Below, in pieces: positions 18,700 through 28,880 of a stretch of DNA of 64,000 bases. Source of the DNA: an uncultured Alphaproteobacteria bacterium (GTDB lineage: Bacteria; Pseudomonadota; Alphaproteobacteria; Rhizobiales; Rhodomicrobiaceae); contig CAVXRT010000051.1 in NCBI GenBank assembly GCA_963764115.1, forward strand, positions 5,125-69,124. Direction: 5' to 3'. The position numbers and the translations under genes were made by a program. The first letter of the stretch is position 1. Each line of letters opens with the position of its first letter. The notes under the pieces were generated by a model. That model saw only the letters and a list, made by a program, of their open reading frames with translations. It did no database searches and was not told the origin of the DNA.

Positions 18700-19752
18700 T
18701 CAACCGAACCTTACCAGCGTCATCACCAGGGAGGCGATGAAGACGGTCTCTCCCACCATCAACAGGATGGCGCGGTGCCCTACCTTCGCAAGCGCCGCCA
18801 GCGATGTCTTGATGCCGAGCGCGGCTATGGAAATGACGATGCACCAGCGCGACGCGTCGCTCATCGCCGATTGCGCCAAGCTTGGAACCAGGCCGAAGCT
18901 GTTCAGCGTCACGATGGCGATGAAGACCAGGAGGAAGTTCGGGATGAGGTTCGCGCCTCCGCCGCTCGCGGCGCCCTGGTTCGTCTTCCGCTCGACAAGC
19001 GATACAACCAAAACGACGGGCAGCAGCAAAGCGACGCGCAAGAGCTTCACGATTGTCGCCACGTCGCCTGTCTCAGGCGAGACGCTATAGCCCGCGCCTA
19101 CAACCTGGGCTACGTCGTGGATCGTGCCGCCGAGGAACACGCCCGACTCTGCGTGGTCGAGGTGGAAGAGCTTCGTGATGAGCGGGTATAGCACCATGCA
19201 AACTGTGCTGAGCGTCGTTACCCCGATAATGGTGAAGGCCGTATCGCGCTCGTGCGTCTCGTCGCGTTTCAGGACGGCCGCGATCGCCGCCGCCGCCGAT
19301 GCGCCGCAAATAGCCACCGCGCCTGCGGTCAGTACGCCGAAGCGCCTCGTCATGCCGGCGAGCGGAGCGGCAAGAAAGCCAACTGCGACGGTCAATAAGA
19401 CTGCGGCGCTGACACCTGCAAGCGTTGACCAGCCAAGTCCAGTGATCTGAGAGGCCGTGATGCGCGCGCCCAGAAGCGCTACCCCAATCCTTAAAACCTC
19501 CTTGGCGGTGAAATGCAACCCCGGCGCAAAGCGCTTATCTTCCGTGACGAAATTGAAGGCCATGCCGAGGAGAAGTGCGAACAGGATGGTCGGGCCGCCA
19601 TAACCGATGGAGATGAAATTGCCCGCCATGGCTAAAACCAGGCTGAGCATGAAGCCCGGCAAATAAGCTCCCATGCGCGAGCGCCGTTCGCTCCACACAC
19701 TTGCACTCGTCTCGACCATGGTCTCCCGTTCTCCCTTGTTTTTTGCCTTCAA
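18700..19752 (-). CDS. YeiH/PSE-family putative sulfate exporter
   Basis: LRIGVALLG, AICGASAAAA, GGTIHDVAQVV and KLLRV motifs. Confidence 0.92.
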   Translation of the reverse strand: MKAKNKGERETMVETSASVWSERRSRMGAYLPGFMLSLVLAMAGNFISIGYGGPTILFALLLGMAFNFVTEDKRFAPGLHFTAKEVLRIGVALLGARITASQITGLGWSTLAGVSAAVLLTVAVGFLAAPLAGMTRRFGVLTAGAVAICGASAAAAIAAVLKRDETHERDTAFTIIGVTTLSTVCMVLYPLITKLFHLDHAESGVFLGGTIHDVAQVVGAGYSVSPETGDVATIVKLLRVALLLPVVLVVSLVERKTNQGAASGGGANLIPNFLLVFIAIVTLNSFGLVPSLAQSAMSDASRWCIVISIAALGIKTSLAALAKVGHRAILLMVGETVFIASLVMTLVRFG

Positions 19753-20555
19753 TGTGCAATGAGATCGCCGCCCGTGATGGTGATGATGCCGCGCGCGGTT
19801 ACATAAATGCCGACCGCCGCGACGATCCCGGCGAAGATGAGCCTGAGTTGATTTTTTCTTCCCGAGAGGCTTCTGGACACGCGGCTCCCGAAAAAGCCGC
19901 CCGCAATCCCCCCGCCGACAAACGAGCCTGCGAGGTCCCAGTCGACGAGGCCTGAGAGCGCATAATTGGTGGCCGTCGTGAAACCGAACGCAGTGACAGA
20001 GACAAGGGATGAGCCGACCGCTGCAAGCATGGGCATATCCGTAGCCGCCATCAGCCCCGGAACCACCAGAAAGCCGCCGCCGATGCCGAAGAAGCCGGAA
20101 AGCATACCCACGCCTAAGCCGTAGCCGGTCAAGGGCGGCAAGAGCCTGCGGGCAGAGTTCGTCGTGAGCCTCACAGCGGGGCTTCCCAGATTTCCCTTAC
20201 GACTGACCATGAAAACGGCGATCACGATCATCAAGAGGCCGAAGAGCAGAAGGAGCTTCTGCCCGTCGAAGGCTTTGCCGATGCTTGAACCGAGGAATGC
20301 GCCAGCTACGCCTGTCAACGCAAAAACGGCCGCGCATTGCCATTTCACGTTCCGGACTCGAGCGTGCTGAATAAGATTTGCCAGCGCGCTCAAGGCGACA
20401 GCGATGGCGCTCGTCCCGATGGCGATGTGGGGAGACTCGACGCCGACGACATAAACGAGCAACGGGACGGCCAGAACCGATCCGCCGCCGCCGATGAGTC
20501 CGAGAACGAAGCCCACAAGCGAGCCCGATGCGACGGTTAGGACCTCCGTTATCAT
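19749..20555 (-). CDS. TauE/SafE-family sulfite exporter
   Basis: GLIGGGGSVLAVP and GFFGIGGGFLVVP repeats; stop overlaps the yeiH ORF start. Confidence 0.93.
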   Translation of the reverse strand: MITEVLTVASGSLVGFVLGLIGGGGSVLAVPLLVYVVGVESPHIAIGTSAIAVALSALANLIQHARVRNVKWQCAAVFALTGVAGAFLGSSIGKAFDGQKLLLLFGLLMIVIAVFMVSRKGNLGSPAVRLTTNSARRLLPPLTGYGLGVGMLSGFFGIGGGFLVVPGLMAATDMPMLAAVGSSLVSVTAFGFTTATNYALSGLVDWDLAGSFVGGGIAGGFFGSRVSRSLSGRKNQLRLIFAGIVAAVGIYVTARGIITITGGDLIAH

Positions 20556-20820
20556 GAGACGTCGTGGCCTGAACGTCGACGTCGAGGGCGGCTGGAATAG
20601 GAAGAGCGGCAGGTACGCGGTTCGGCGCCCCTTACGTCATAATCCAGCATCCTATCCTTCTCCCGCCCGGACTGGCCCAAGCTTTGGGCTCGGCTCGGAT
20701 CGGCATCTGCCAGAGGCTTGCGCCTCTAAAAAAAGGCGCGCATTATTGCAAGGCCAGATCGTATTCATATATCGCAATGTCAGTCAATGAGACATCGCAA
20801 TCGAACGCCGAAAGAAATCA

Positions 20821-21219
20821 ATGACAAGCCAAGAAGTGGCCACAGATACCGGGGAACTGGCGGCTGAGCGGCCCGCCGGGGCGCTGCCAAAGCTCGATGG
20901 GATGGTGCACAACGCCCGTCTCGCGAGCGAATTCCTGAAAGCCCTCTCCCATGAGACGAGGCTGCTCCTCCTCTGTCTTCTTGCCGAGAAAGAACGCTCT
21001 GTGACGGAGCTCGAAAACATCTTGTCGCTGCGCCAGCCGACGGTGTCGCAACAACTCGGCCGCCTGCGGCTCGACGGCCTTGTGACCACCAGACGAGAGG
21101 GAAAAACCGTCTATTACAATATTGCAGACGATGACATCAAACGCGTGATCGCCTTGCTTTACGAGATCTTTTGCAAAGAGGAAGGGCAGGACCGCAAGAA
21201 CCCCCGGGCTTGGCGTTAG
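20821..21219 (+). CDS. ArsR/SmtB regulator, BigR/SqrR/SoxR-like
   Basis: FLKALSHETRLLLLC.L, VSQQL.RLR and LYEIFC; both conserved Cys present. Confidence 0.92.
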   Translation: MTSQEVATDTGELAAERPAGALPKLDGMVHNARLASEFLKALSHETRLLLLCLLAEKERSVTELENILSLRQPTVSQQLGRLRLDGLVTTRREGKTVYYNIADDDIKRVIALLYEIFCKEEGQDRKNPRAWR

Positions 21220-21563
21220 TGAGGCGGACAATAAATCTCGTAGAGCGTCTCTAGCAGCCGGCGCGCCGGATGGCTTGCAATTGCGTAGAAAATGGTTTGC
21301 CCCTGCCGCCTGGTCGTAACGAGCCTGTCCTTACGTAAGAGCGCGAGGTGCTGCGAGACCGTGGACTCGCGCACCTGCAAAAGCTCAGCAAGCTGGCCCA
21401 CGGATTTCTCGCCATCGATCAGCTGGCACATGATCATAAGCCGGGATTTGTTCCCGAGCGATTGAAGGAGGCCAACAGCGCCGTCCGCAGCTTGCGACAT
21501 CTTTTCAGTTTGTATCTTCATTTTATCATAGATACGAATGCTTGAACTTTCTCTTTCCCACAT
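21216..21563 (-). CDS. Second ArsR/SmtB regulator, BigR/SqrR/SoxR-like
   Basis: SRLMIMCQL, VSQHLALLR and LYEIYC; real start probably near 21519. Confidence 0.92.
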   Translation of the reverse strand: MWERESSSIRIYDKMKIQTEKMSQAADGAVGLLQSLGNKSRLMIMCQLIDGEKSVGQLAELLQVRESTVSQHLALLRKDRLVTTRRQGQTIFYAIASHPARRLLETLYEIYCPPH

Positions 21564-21582
21564 CTAGTATCCGTTTCAAGAA

Positions 21583-22698
21583 ATGAAAAGCCCAAACTTG
21601 ACGCACGCCGCAGTTCAGCCCGCGGATCGGCCCATAAGGGGGATCGAGCATATGTCAAACAGGATTTTGGACGGGGTCTCGATAAGGCCGCCATCAGCTT
21701 TGCACGCCGCACTGCTCGCGCTGGCCTTGGCAACGGGGGCGATGAGCGCATCGGCCAACGCGCAGGATGTGTTCGAGGTCAAGGAAAGCGCCATCGACGA
21801 CCTCAAAGCCGTCTTTGCAACCGTCCGCAGCACCGACGAGATCAACGCGCGCGTCCGTACCGGTGGAACCATTACATCGCTCGCCATCAGGCGCGGTAGC
21901 GAAGTGAAGCCCGGAGATGTGCTCGCAACCGTCGCCGACGAAAAGCTTGCGCTCAAAATGCAATCGATCGATGCGCAAATCATAGGCCTGCGCTCGCGCG
22001 CTGAAACCGCGAAGACCGAGGCTCAGCGCCAGGAGCAGCTTGCGCAAAGGGGCTTCACGGCGGGCGCCAAGCTCGATGAAGCGCGCGCAGGTTCCGAAGT
22101 GGCGTCGAATGCCCTTAAATCCGCTGAAGCGGAACGCGCCGTCTTGACCCGGCAAGTTCAGGAAGGCGAGGTGCTCGCTCCTGCGCAGGGCCGGGTCCTC
22201 ACCATTCCCGTCACTGTCGGGGCCGTCGTGATGCCGGGCGAGACCATCGCCAAAATAGCAGCGAACGCTTATGTGCTGCGCCTTGAGCTGCCCGAGCGCC
22301 ATGCCCGCTTCATCAAGACAGGCGATCCCGTCGTCATCGGCGGCCGCGAGCTTGCCGCAAACGACGCTCCGCTCGGCAAAGGCGTCATCTCCCTTGTCTA
22401 TCCCGAGCTTCAGGATGGGCGCGTTGTCGCCGACGCGCAGGCTGATGGCCTCGGAAAATACTTCGTCGGCGAACGCGTCCTCGTCTGGATTTCGGCAGGC
22501 AAACGCCAAACCATCGTGGTTCCCCCCGGCAACCTCTTCAAGCACTTCGGCCTCGCCTATGCCCGGATCAAGCAAGCCGATGGCAAAACCATCGATATCG
22601 TTGTCCAACCCGGCCAGCCCTCCCGGCTTGAAGATGGCAGCGATGGCATCGAGGTGCTTGCAGGCTTGAAACCCGGCGACAGGCTGGTGCGGCCATGA
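21583..22698 (+). CDS. RND efflux periplasmic adaptor (MFP)
   Basis: Signal/anchor helix, lipoyl-like halves (G.EVKPGDVL, APAQGRV), coiled hairpin; start may be 21652. Confidence 0.92.
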   Translation: MKSPNLTHAAVQPADRPIRGIEHMSNRILDGVSIRPPSALHAALLALALATGAMSASANAQDVFEVKESAIDDLKAVFATVRSTDEINARVRTGGTITSLAIRRGSEVKPGDVLATVADEKLALKMQSIDAQIIGLRSRAETAKTEAQRQEQLAQRGFTAGAKLDEARAGSEVASNALKSAEAERAVLTRQVQEGEVLAPAQGRVLTIPVTVGAVVMPGETIAKIAANAYVLRLELPERHARFIKTGDPVVIGGRELAANDAPLGKGVISLVYPELQDGRVVADAQADGLGKYFVGERVLVWISAGKRQTIVVPPGNLFKHFGLAYARIKQADGKTIDIVVQPGQPSRLEDGSDGIEVLAGLKPGDRLVRP

Positions 22699-25600
22699 AG
22701 CTCGGCATTTCAGGCAATCTCACCAAGACGTTCATCGCGTCCCCGCTGACGCCGCTTATTCTGCTTTCCGCCTTAATGCTGGGCGCCATCGCCCTTGTTC
22801 AGCTTCCCCGCGAGGAGGAGCCCCAAATCTCGGTGCCGATGGTCGATATCCAGATCCGCGCGGATGGCCTTAAGGCGCAGGACGCGGCACGGCTTGTGAC
22901 GGAGCCGCTCGAAACCATCGTGAAGGCGATCAGCGGCGTCGAGCACGTTTACAGCCAAACCAACGATGACCAGGTGCTTGTCACCGCGCGCTTTCTCGTC
23001 GGCACTAAATCGGACGAAGCGATCCTGCGCGTGCACGAGAAGGTGCGTGCTAACATGGACCGCATTCCCATCGGCATTCCGGAGCCCTTGATCGTCGGGC
23101 GCGGCATCGACGATGTCGCCATCGTCAGCCTGACGCTCGCGCCAAAGCCCGAGGCCGCCGAACGCTGGACCGACAATTCGCTCTATCATCTCGCCGAGAA
23201 TTTGCGGATCGAGCTTTCGAAGATCGACAACGTCGGCCTCACCTATATCGTCGGCGGCCGGCCCGATCAGATCCGCGTCGAGCCCGACCCCGAGAAGCTT
23301 TCGCTTTATGGCGTGACGCTGGCGCAACTCGTGGACAAGGTGCGTTCGGCGAACCGGTCTTTCCTTGCAGGCCAGATCCGTGACCAAGGCCAGTCTGTGC
23401 CGGTTGTGGCGGGTCAGACGCTTCAGGGTGTTCCCGACATTGGGCTCCTGCTCCTGACCACCCGCGTCGGCCACCCAGTCTACGTGCGCGATGTGGCGAA
23501 AATCGTCGTGGGCGGAAAACCGCTCGAGCAGCAAGTCTGGCAGATCGCCAAGGACAAGAATGGAGAGCTGGCGCGCGTCCCCGCCGTCTCGATCGCCATC
23601 GCCAAGAGGGCAGGAGCGAATGCCGTCGACATTGCGTCCAACCTCGTCAAAAGGCTCGAGCAACTACGCGGAACCGCGCTTCCTGAGGACATCGAGGTCC
23701 AGGTCACCCGCAACTACGGCGCCACGGCAAGCGAAAAGGCTGACGAGCTTTTGTTTCACCTTGCGCTTGCGACGGTCTCCATCGTCGCGCTCATCGTGTT
23801 CGCCATCGGCTGGCGGGAAGGCATCGTGGTGGCGATTGTCATCCCGACAACGATCCTTCTCACGCTGTTCGCCTCCTGGATCATGGGCTACACCATCAAC
23901 CGGGTGAGCCTGTTCGCGCTGATCTTCTCGATTGGTATCCTCGTCGACGACGCGATCGTGGTGATCGAGAACATGGCGCGCCATTGGGGCATGCACAGCC
24001 AGAAGAGCCGCATGCAGGCGGCGATCGAGGCGGTCGCCGAGGTCGGCAATCCGACGATCGTGGCGACGCTGACGGTGGTGGTCGCGCTTTTGCCCATGCT
24101 GTTCGTTTCGGGCCTCATGGGGCCATATATGAGCCCCATCCCGGCGAACGCATCGGCGGCGATGATCTTATCCTTCTTTGTGGCCGTGATGGTGACGCCA
24201 TGGCTGATGATGAAGGTCGCGCGGAAGCAGTCCGAGCCCCATCAGCACGAGCATGGCGGCCTCCTGGCGCGCGTTTACGTTGCGGTGGCGAAACCCATCT
24301 TGCGCAGCCGCAAGCGCTCCCTCATCTTCCTCCTGGGCGTGGGCGCGGCGACGCTGGCCTCGCTGATGCTGTTCTACACAAAATCCGTGACGGTGAAGCT
24401 CTTGCCGTTCGACAACAAGTCCGAGGTGCAGGTTGTCGTGGATCTGCCGAAAGGGGCTTCGCTTGAGGATATGGAGCGCGTGCTTCAGGCGGCGGCCGGG
24501 CGGCTGAAAGACGTCTCGGAGCTTGTCTCGATCCAGTCGAACGCAGGAACCGCGACCCCCTTCAACTTCAACGGCCTCGTCCGGCACTATTACCTGCGGA
24601 ACGGGCCGGAACAGGGCGACTTGCAACTCAACTTCACGCCCAAATCCGAGCGCTCGCGCGCGAGCCACGAGATCGCGCTCGAAGTCCGCGAAAAGCTTCG
24701 CGGCCTCGACATGCCTAAGGGCACGGCGCTGAAAGTGGTTGAAGTTCCACCCGGACCGCCTGTCCTTTCCACGCTGCTTGCCGAGGTCTATGGGCCGGAT
24801 CCCGAAACGCGGCGGGCGACCGCAACGAAGCTCAAGGAAGTTTTCGAGAGCATCCCCTTCATCGTCGACGTGGACGACAGCTTCCGGGCGCCCGCGGAAA
24901 GGCTCCGCGTCTCCATCGACCAGGACAAGCTCGAATTCTTCCGGGTCGAGCAAAAGGATGTCTACGACACAATCCAGGCGTATCTCTCCGGTGTGCCCGT
25001 GGGATATTCCTATCGGGGCGAAGGCCGTCATCCGGTCGAAATCGCCGTCGCCTTGCCGAAGAGCGAGCTCTCACTCTCGCAGCACACGCTCTCGACGCCC
25101 GTGCCTGCGAATGCGATCCCAGGCAACCGTTCCATCGTGGAACTTGGCGATGTGGTGAGCCTGAAGAAGGAACGCGCCTCGTTCCCGATTTTCCGCCACA
25201 ATGGCAGGCCTGCTGAAATGGTGACGGCTGAACTGGCGGGCAGCTACGAAGCGCCGATCTACGGCATGTTCGCAGTCCGTGACGCCATCGCCAAGGCGGA
25301 TTGGGCGCCGGGCCAGAAACCGGAGATCGTGCTGCATGGCCAGCCCAACGACAACTCGAAGCCGGTCCTCCTCTGGGACGGCGAATGGGAAGTGACCTAT
25401 GTCACCTTCCGGGATATGGGCGCGGCGTTCGGCATCGCCATTCTCGGCATCTACTTCATCGTGGTCGGGCAGTTCGGTTCATTCAAGCTGCCGCTGGTCA
25501 TCCTGACGCCGGTGCCGCTGACGCTGATCGGCATCATGCTTGGGCACTGGATGTTCGGCGCGCCGTTCACGGCGACGTCCATGATCGGCTTCATCGCGCT

Positions 25601-25952
25601 CGCGGGCATCATCGTGCGCAATTCGATCCTGCTTGTAGACTTTATTCAGAGCAAGCGCGGGACAATGCCGTTGCGGCAGGTGCTTCTCGAGGCGGGCGCG
25701 ATCCGGTTCAAGCCCATTCTCTTGACGGCGCTGGCCGCCATGATCGGCGCGGCCGTCATCCTGGCTGACCCGATCTTCCAGGGGCTCGCGATCTCGCTCC
25801 TGTTCGGGCTCGCCTCGTCGACGCTTCTGACGGTGCTTGTGATACCCGCGATCTATGTGGTTCTGCGGGGCAAGGACGATGGTCAGCCCGAACACGCGCC
25901 TGATACGGCGAAATCTCCGGCCGATACGGCGCCCGCGCAGGTGGCGGCATAA
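22695..25952 (+). CDS. RND efflux permease subunit
   Basis: PREEEPQISVP, GILVDDAIVVIEN, GIIVRNSILLVDF and R.KPILLT. Confidence 0.96.
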   Translation: MKLGISGNLTKTFIASPLTPLILLSALMLGAIALVQLPREEEPQISVPMVDIQIRADGLKAQDAARLVTEPLETIVKAISGVEHVYSQTNDDQVLVTARFLVGTKSDEAILRVHEKVRANMDRIPIGIPEPLIVGRGIDDVAIVSLTLAPKPEAAERWTDNSLYHLAENLRIELSKIDNVGLTYIVGGRPDQIRVEPDPEKLSLYGVTLAQLVDKVRSANRSFLAGQIRDQGQSVPVVAGQTLQGVPDIGLLLLTTRVGHPVYVRDVAKIVVGGKPLEQQVWQIAKDKNGELARVPAVSIAIAKRAGANAVDIASNLVKRLEQLRGTALPEDIEVQVTRNYGATASEKADELLFHLALATVSIVALIVFAIGWREGIVVAIVIPTTILLTLFASWIMGYTINRVSLFALIFSIGILVDDAIVVIENMARHWGMHSQKSRMQAAIEAVAEVGNPTIVATLTVVVALLPMLFVSGLMGPYMSPIPANASAAMILSFFVAVMVTPWLMMKVARKQSEPHQHEHGGLLARVYVAVAKPILRSRKRSLIFLLGVGAATLASLMLFYTKSVTVKLLPFDNKSEVQVVVDLPKGASLEDMERVLQAAAGRLKDVSELVSIQSNAGTATPFNFNGLVRHYYLRNGPEQGDLQLNFTPKSERSRASHEIALEVREKLRGLDMPKGTALKVVEVPPGPPVLSTLLAEVYGPDPETRRATATKLKEVFESIPFIVDVDDSFRAPAERLRVSIDQDKLEFFRVEQKDVYDTIQAYLSGVPVGYSYRGEGRHPVEIAVALPKSELSLSQHTLSTPVPANAIPGNRSIVELGDVVSLKKERASFPIFRHNGRPAEMVTAELAGSYEAPIYGMFAVRDAIAKADWAPGQKPEIVLHGQPNDNSKPVLLWDGEWEVTYVTFRDMGAAFGIAILGIYFIVVGQFGSFKLPLVILTPVPLTLIGIMLGHWMFGAPFTATSMIGFIALAGIIVRNSILLVDFIQSKRGTMPLRQVLLEAGAIRFKPILLTALAAMIGAAVILADPIFQGLAISLLFGLASSTLLTVLVIPAIYVVLRGKDDGQPEHAPDTAKSPADTAPAQVAA

Positions 25953-26316
25953 ATCTTCATTGTATTCTAGTTCCCCATCCCCAGGGAGCGCTCGCCTTAC
26001 CGGGCCGCCAAGCCGTGACGGCCGGGTCGGCGTTGCAATAACGGGACGGGGGGGCGATGGCTGTTTCACGCCCGAAGCAAGCGTAAATAAGTGGTGAAGC
26101 GTCTGAGCAACATGTGTCATTTGAGTAAATAAAATCTAAATTTTTATAACTATTAGTTGCAATACACCATCTGCTCTACCTGGGATCGCCACAAGCAGCT
26201 GTTGCATAAGCAAAAAGTCACCTTGGGCTGCTCATTTCCTATCGCGTCCGACGGCGATTTTAGCTATGCTATAAAATTGCCGAGGAAGGGAGCGTGAAGC
26301 AAAAGGTCTACATGTC

Positions 26317-26679
26317 ATGAAATACATAGTTGCTGCGTTCATCGCGATTGGAGCGATGCTCGGCGTTGCACAGGCCGCGCCTCTATCGCCTGCTTCCGTG
26401 CAGACCGAGCAGGCTGTCGCAACAGGTGCGGTCGAAAAAGTTTGCTGGGGCGGCGGCTGCGGCGGTTGGGGCGGCGGCGGCTGGGGTTGGGGCGGCGGCT
26501 GGGGCGGCGGTTGCGGCTACTACCGTCCGTGCTATCGTCCTTGCGGATACTACGGCTACGGTTGCGGCGTGCGCTGGTGGCCTGCCCGTCCGGCTTGGGG
26601 CTGGGGCGGCGGCGGCTGGGGTGGCGGCGGCTGGGGCGGCGGTGGCTGGGGTGGCGGCTGGGGCCGTCCAGGCTGGTAG
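26317..26679 (+). CDS. Secreted Gly/Trp-rich protein with Cys/Tyr core
   Basis: Signal peptide (AQA cleavage), GGGWG repeats and CGYYRPCYRPCGYYGYGC. Confidence 0.8.
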   Translation: MKYIVAAFIAIGAMLGVAQAAPLSPASVQTEQAVATGAVEKVCWGGGCGGWGGGGWGWGGGWGGGCGYYRPCYRPCGYYGYGCGVRWWPARPAWGWGGGGWGGGGWGGGGWGGGWGRPGW

Positions 26680-26989
26680 CCGATCCCTTGACCTCGAAAT
26701 TAGCCTCGTTCGATAAGCAATACGCAAACCCTTCCTTTCGACGTTGGCTTTAAATACAAATGATGTGCGTCGGTGCGGGAGGTGGCTCCCGCCCCGACCT
26801 TCAAAATGTGAGATTCGCGGCTGGCTACGGTCAGCCGCACTCTCTAAAAAGTTATTTTGCGCAACGCTGCGATCCAGAGCCGCCGGATCAAGAAAAAGAC
26901 GCTATCTCGCCTTACAGTTACAGAACTCCGTCAGACAGGCATTTCTTCAGATACCTTTTCGGCGGATTGCAGAAACCGTTTGAGGCTGT

Positions 26990-27277
26990 ATGATGCGTCA
27001 GGCGAAAACACGCGCCGTTCTTGCCGCAGTAGCGGCCGTAATGATCACAAGCGTCAGCGAAGCGAGCCCGCAGGATAACGAACGCTCCTACCTGCCGCCG
27101 CAATCTTCGCCGTCTCAGGATGCAACGAAGAGCGCAGAGACGTCTCCGAAAGAAACCGGGCGTCGGGCGCATAAGGTCAGGGCCAGAACCCATCACCGTC
27201 AAGTCTCGGGAGCCTATGTGGCAGAGCCGCCGGACTTCCCTCTCTTGCCCGGCCTGCTCTTCCCTCCTTTTTTCTGA
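26990..27277 (+). CDS. Small secreted hypothetical protein
   Basis: Signal-peptide-like N-terminus, DNERSYLPP, basic stretch and hydrophobic tail; GAGG RBS. Confidence 0.6.
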   Translation: MMRQAKTRAVLAAVAAVMITSVSEASPQDNERSYLPPQSSPSQDATKSAETSPKETGRRAHKVRARTHHRQVSGAYVAEPPDFPLLPGLLFPPFF

Positions 27278-27404
27278 ACGGCTGCAACGGATAAGAACTT
27301 CTGGTTGCTTATCGGCTGCGAATAGTTCTAACGCTGTCTCACGGCAGTAGTGGTGGAGCGCGTCCGGCCATTCCTCGGGTATCTATTGCCGCGAGAAATA
27401 TATA

Positions 27405-27842
27405 TTGAGGAGAAATTCCGTGATCACCTGCAATGCAATGCTTCGGAAAAGTAGAAAGTATTGGGCACTCGCGGCCATGCTTCCCATCGTCAGCTTGTCG
27501 GCAATGCCTCAAGCGAGAAGTGAGCCGAGCCCGTTGGCCGGCACATGGAGTGGCGGCGGAGTTGTGGCGTACGCCTCGGGAACGCGCGAAAGGGCGCGGT
27601 GCCACGCCAGCTATTCGGGCGGCACTTCCACCGTTTCGCTCAACGCAACATGTGCAACCCCGTCGGGGAGCCTGTCCCAGTATGCTCGCCTTCGTCAAAC
27701 GGGGGCGAACAGCTACTCGGGGACCTTCTTCAACGCCCAGTATAACATGAGCGGCAGCATCCATGTCACCGTTCACGGGAACACACAGACGGTGTCGATC
27801 TCGAGCGGAAGCGGCTCGGCTTCTCTGACGCTGAAACGCTAA
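27405..27842 (+). CDS. Secreted beta-rich hypothetical protein
   Basis: Signal peptide, LAGTWSGGG...RERARC.A.Y...CA motif; start probably downstream of 27405. Confidence 0.75.
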   Translation: MRRNSVITCNAMLRKSRKYWALAAMLPIVSLSAMPQARSEPSPLAGTWSGGGVVAYASGTRERARCHASYSGGTSTVSLNATCATPSGSLSQYARLRQTGANSYSGTFFNAQYNMSGSIHVTVHGNTQTVSISSGSGSASLTLKR

Positions 27843-28049
27843 GGCTCGAAAGCCCGATCGCCCTCAGGCTTTTGCTCGGCGCGCTGTACTTTGGTGTGGC
27901 GCGTTCTCCTCTCCGCCAGAAATTAAGCAATAATAAGAAGAGTAATTCACAAGAAGTGATCTTGTTGTAGAGATCATGTTCTTCCGCCTTTCCAAATCGG
28001 AAAGTTTCGGCAATTTGAGGAGTGATGCGTTTTACGCGGGGAGGTACAT

Positions 28050-28793
28050 ATGAGTATGGCAAATGTTCTTGGCTTGGCATTAGGAGCTTCGCTGCTCTTG
28101 GGTCTGCAGCAGAGTGCGGTGGCAAGCCCGACCGAAACGTCAAATGGCGCAACTGAAACGCCAGCGGCCCAGGATGACGTTGTTCCAGCGACTTATTCCG
28201 GACGCCGCACCGCCACCGGCAACATCTACGGGAGCCATGGTGTCGTTGGACACAGCAACGCGGGTGTGCAGCACGGCAACATCTATGGGAGCCACGGTGT
28301 CGTAGGCCACGCGGGCCCTGTGCGGCGCGGGTACTACGGAGCAGCGCGTTACAGACCTCATTATTATGCACATCGCTATTACGCGCCGCGCGCTGTTGCG
28401 GCCGGCGGATACTACGGAGCAGCGCGTTACCGCCCTTATGACCAGCGCTATTACGCACCGCGCCCGCTGATTTCCCTTGGGGATTACGCAGCGACGGATA
28501 ACCGCTATTATGGACAAGGCTATTATCCGTCCAGCGCGGTTGCAGGCTCCGCGTACTACGGAGCGACGGGCGGCTACCGCCCTTACTACTACTCACATCG
28601 CTACTACCCCCGCCCGGATCCGTACTACGGAGCGGCAGGCTATAGCCCTTATTATGGACAGCAGGGTTATTACCGCCCCCGCCCAGAACCAGGCTACAGC
28701 CGTTATTATGCGCCCGGCTATTATGCGCCTCGCCCAGCTGAGGCCGCCCCGGTCTTCTATAGTAACCCCATCAGCGCTATTACTGGCAGGTGA
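28050..28793 (+). CDS. Secreted Tyr/Gly/Arg/Pro-rich repetitive protein
   Basis: GGAGG RBS; signal peptide; two GNIYGSHGVVGH and four YYGA..Y.P.YY-type repeats. Confidence 0.8.
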   Translation: MSMANVLGLALGASLLLGLQQSAVASPTETSNGATETPAAQDDVVPATYSGRRTATGNIYGSHGVVGHSNAGVQHGNIYGSHGVVGHAGPVRRGYYGAARYRPHYYAHRYYAPRAVAAGGYYGAARYRPYDQRYYAPRPLISLGDYAATDNRYYGQGYYPSSAVAGSAYYGATGGYRPYYYSHRYYPRPDPYYGAAGYSPYYGQQGYYRPRPEPGYSRYYAPGYYAPRPAEAAPVFYSNPISAITGR

Positions 28794-28844
28794 GGTGTGA
28801 CGGCATCCATCTCGCTGCGGTGAGATGGCATGCACCTGAATAAC

Positions 28845-28880
28845 AGCGCGGCAGCCTTAACCGGGCTGCCGCGCTTGTTT
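28845..28880 (+). terminator. Intrinsic terminator
   Basis: AGCGCGGCAGCC/GGCTGCCGCGCT stem followed by TGTTT. Confidence 0.7.

Noticed and set aside
26440-26670. CRISPR-like or non-coding tandem repeat
   Set aside because: The GGCGGC/TGG repeats encode in-frame GGGW units; there are no constant repeats with unique spacers and no cas genes
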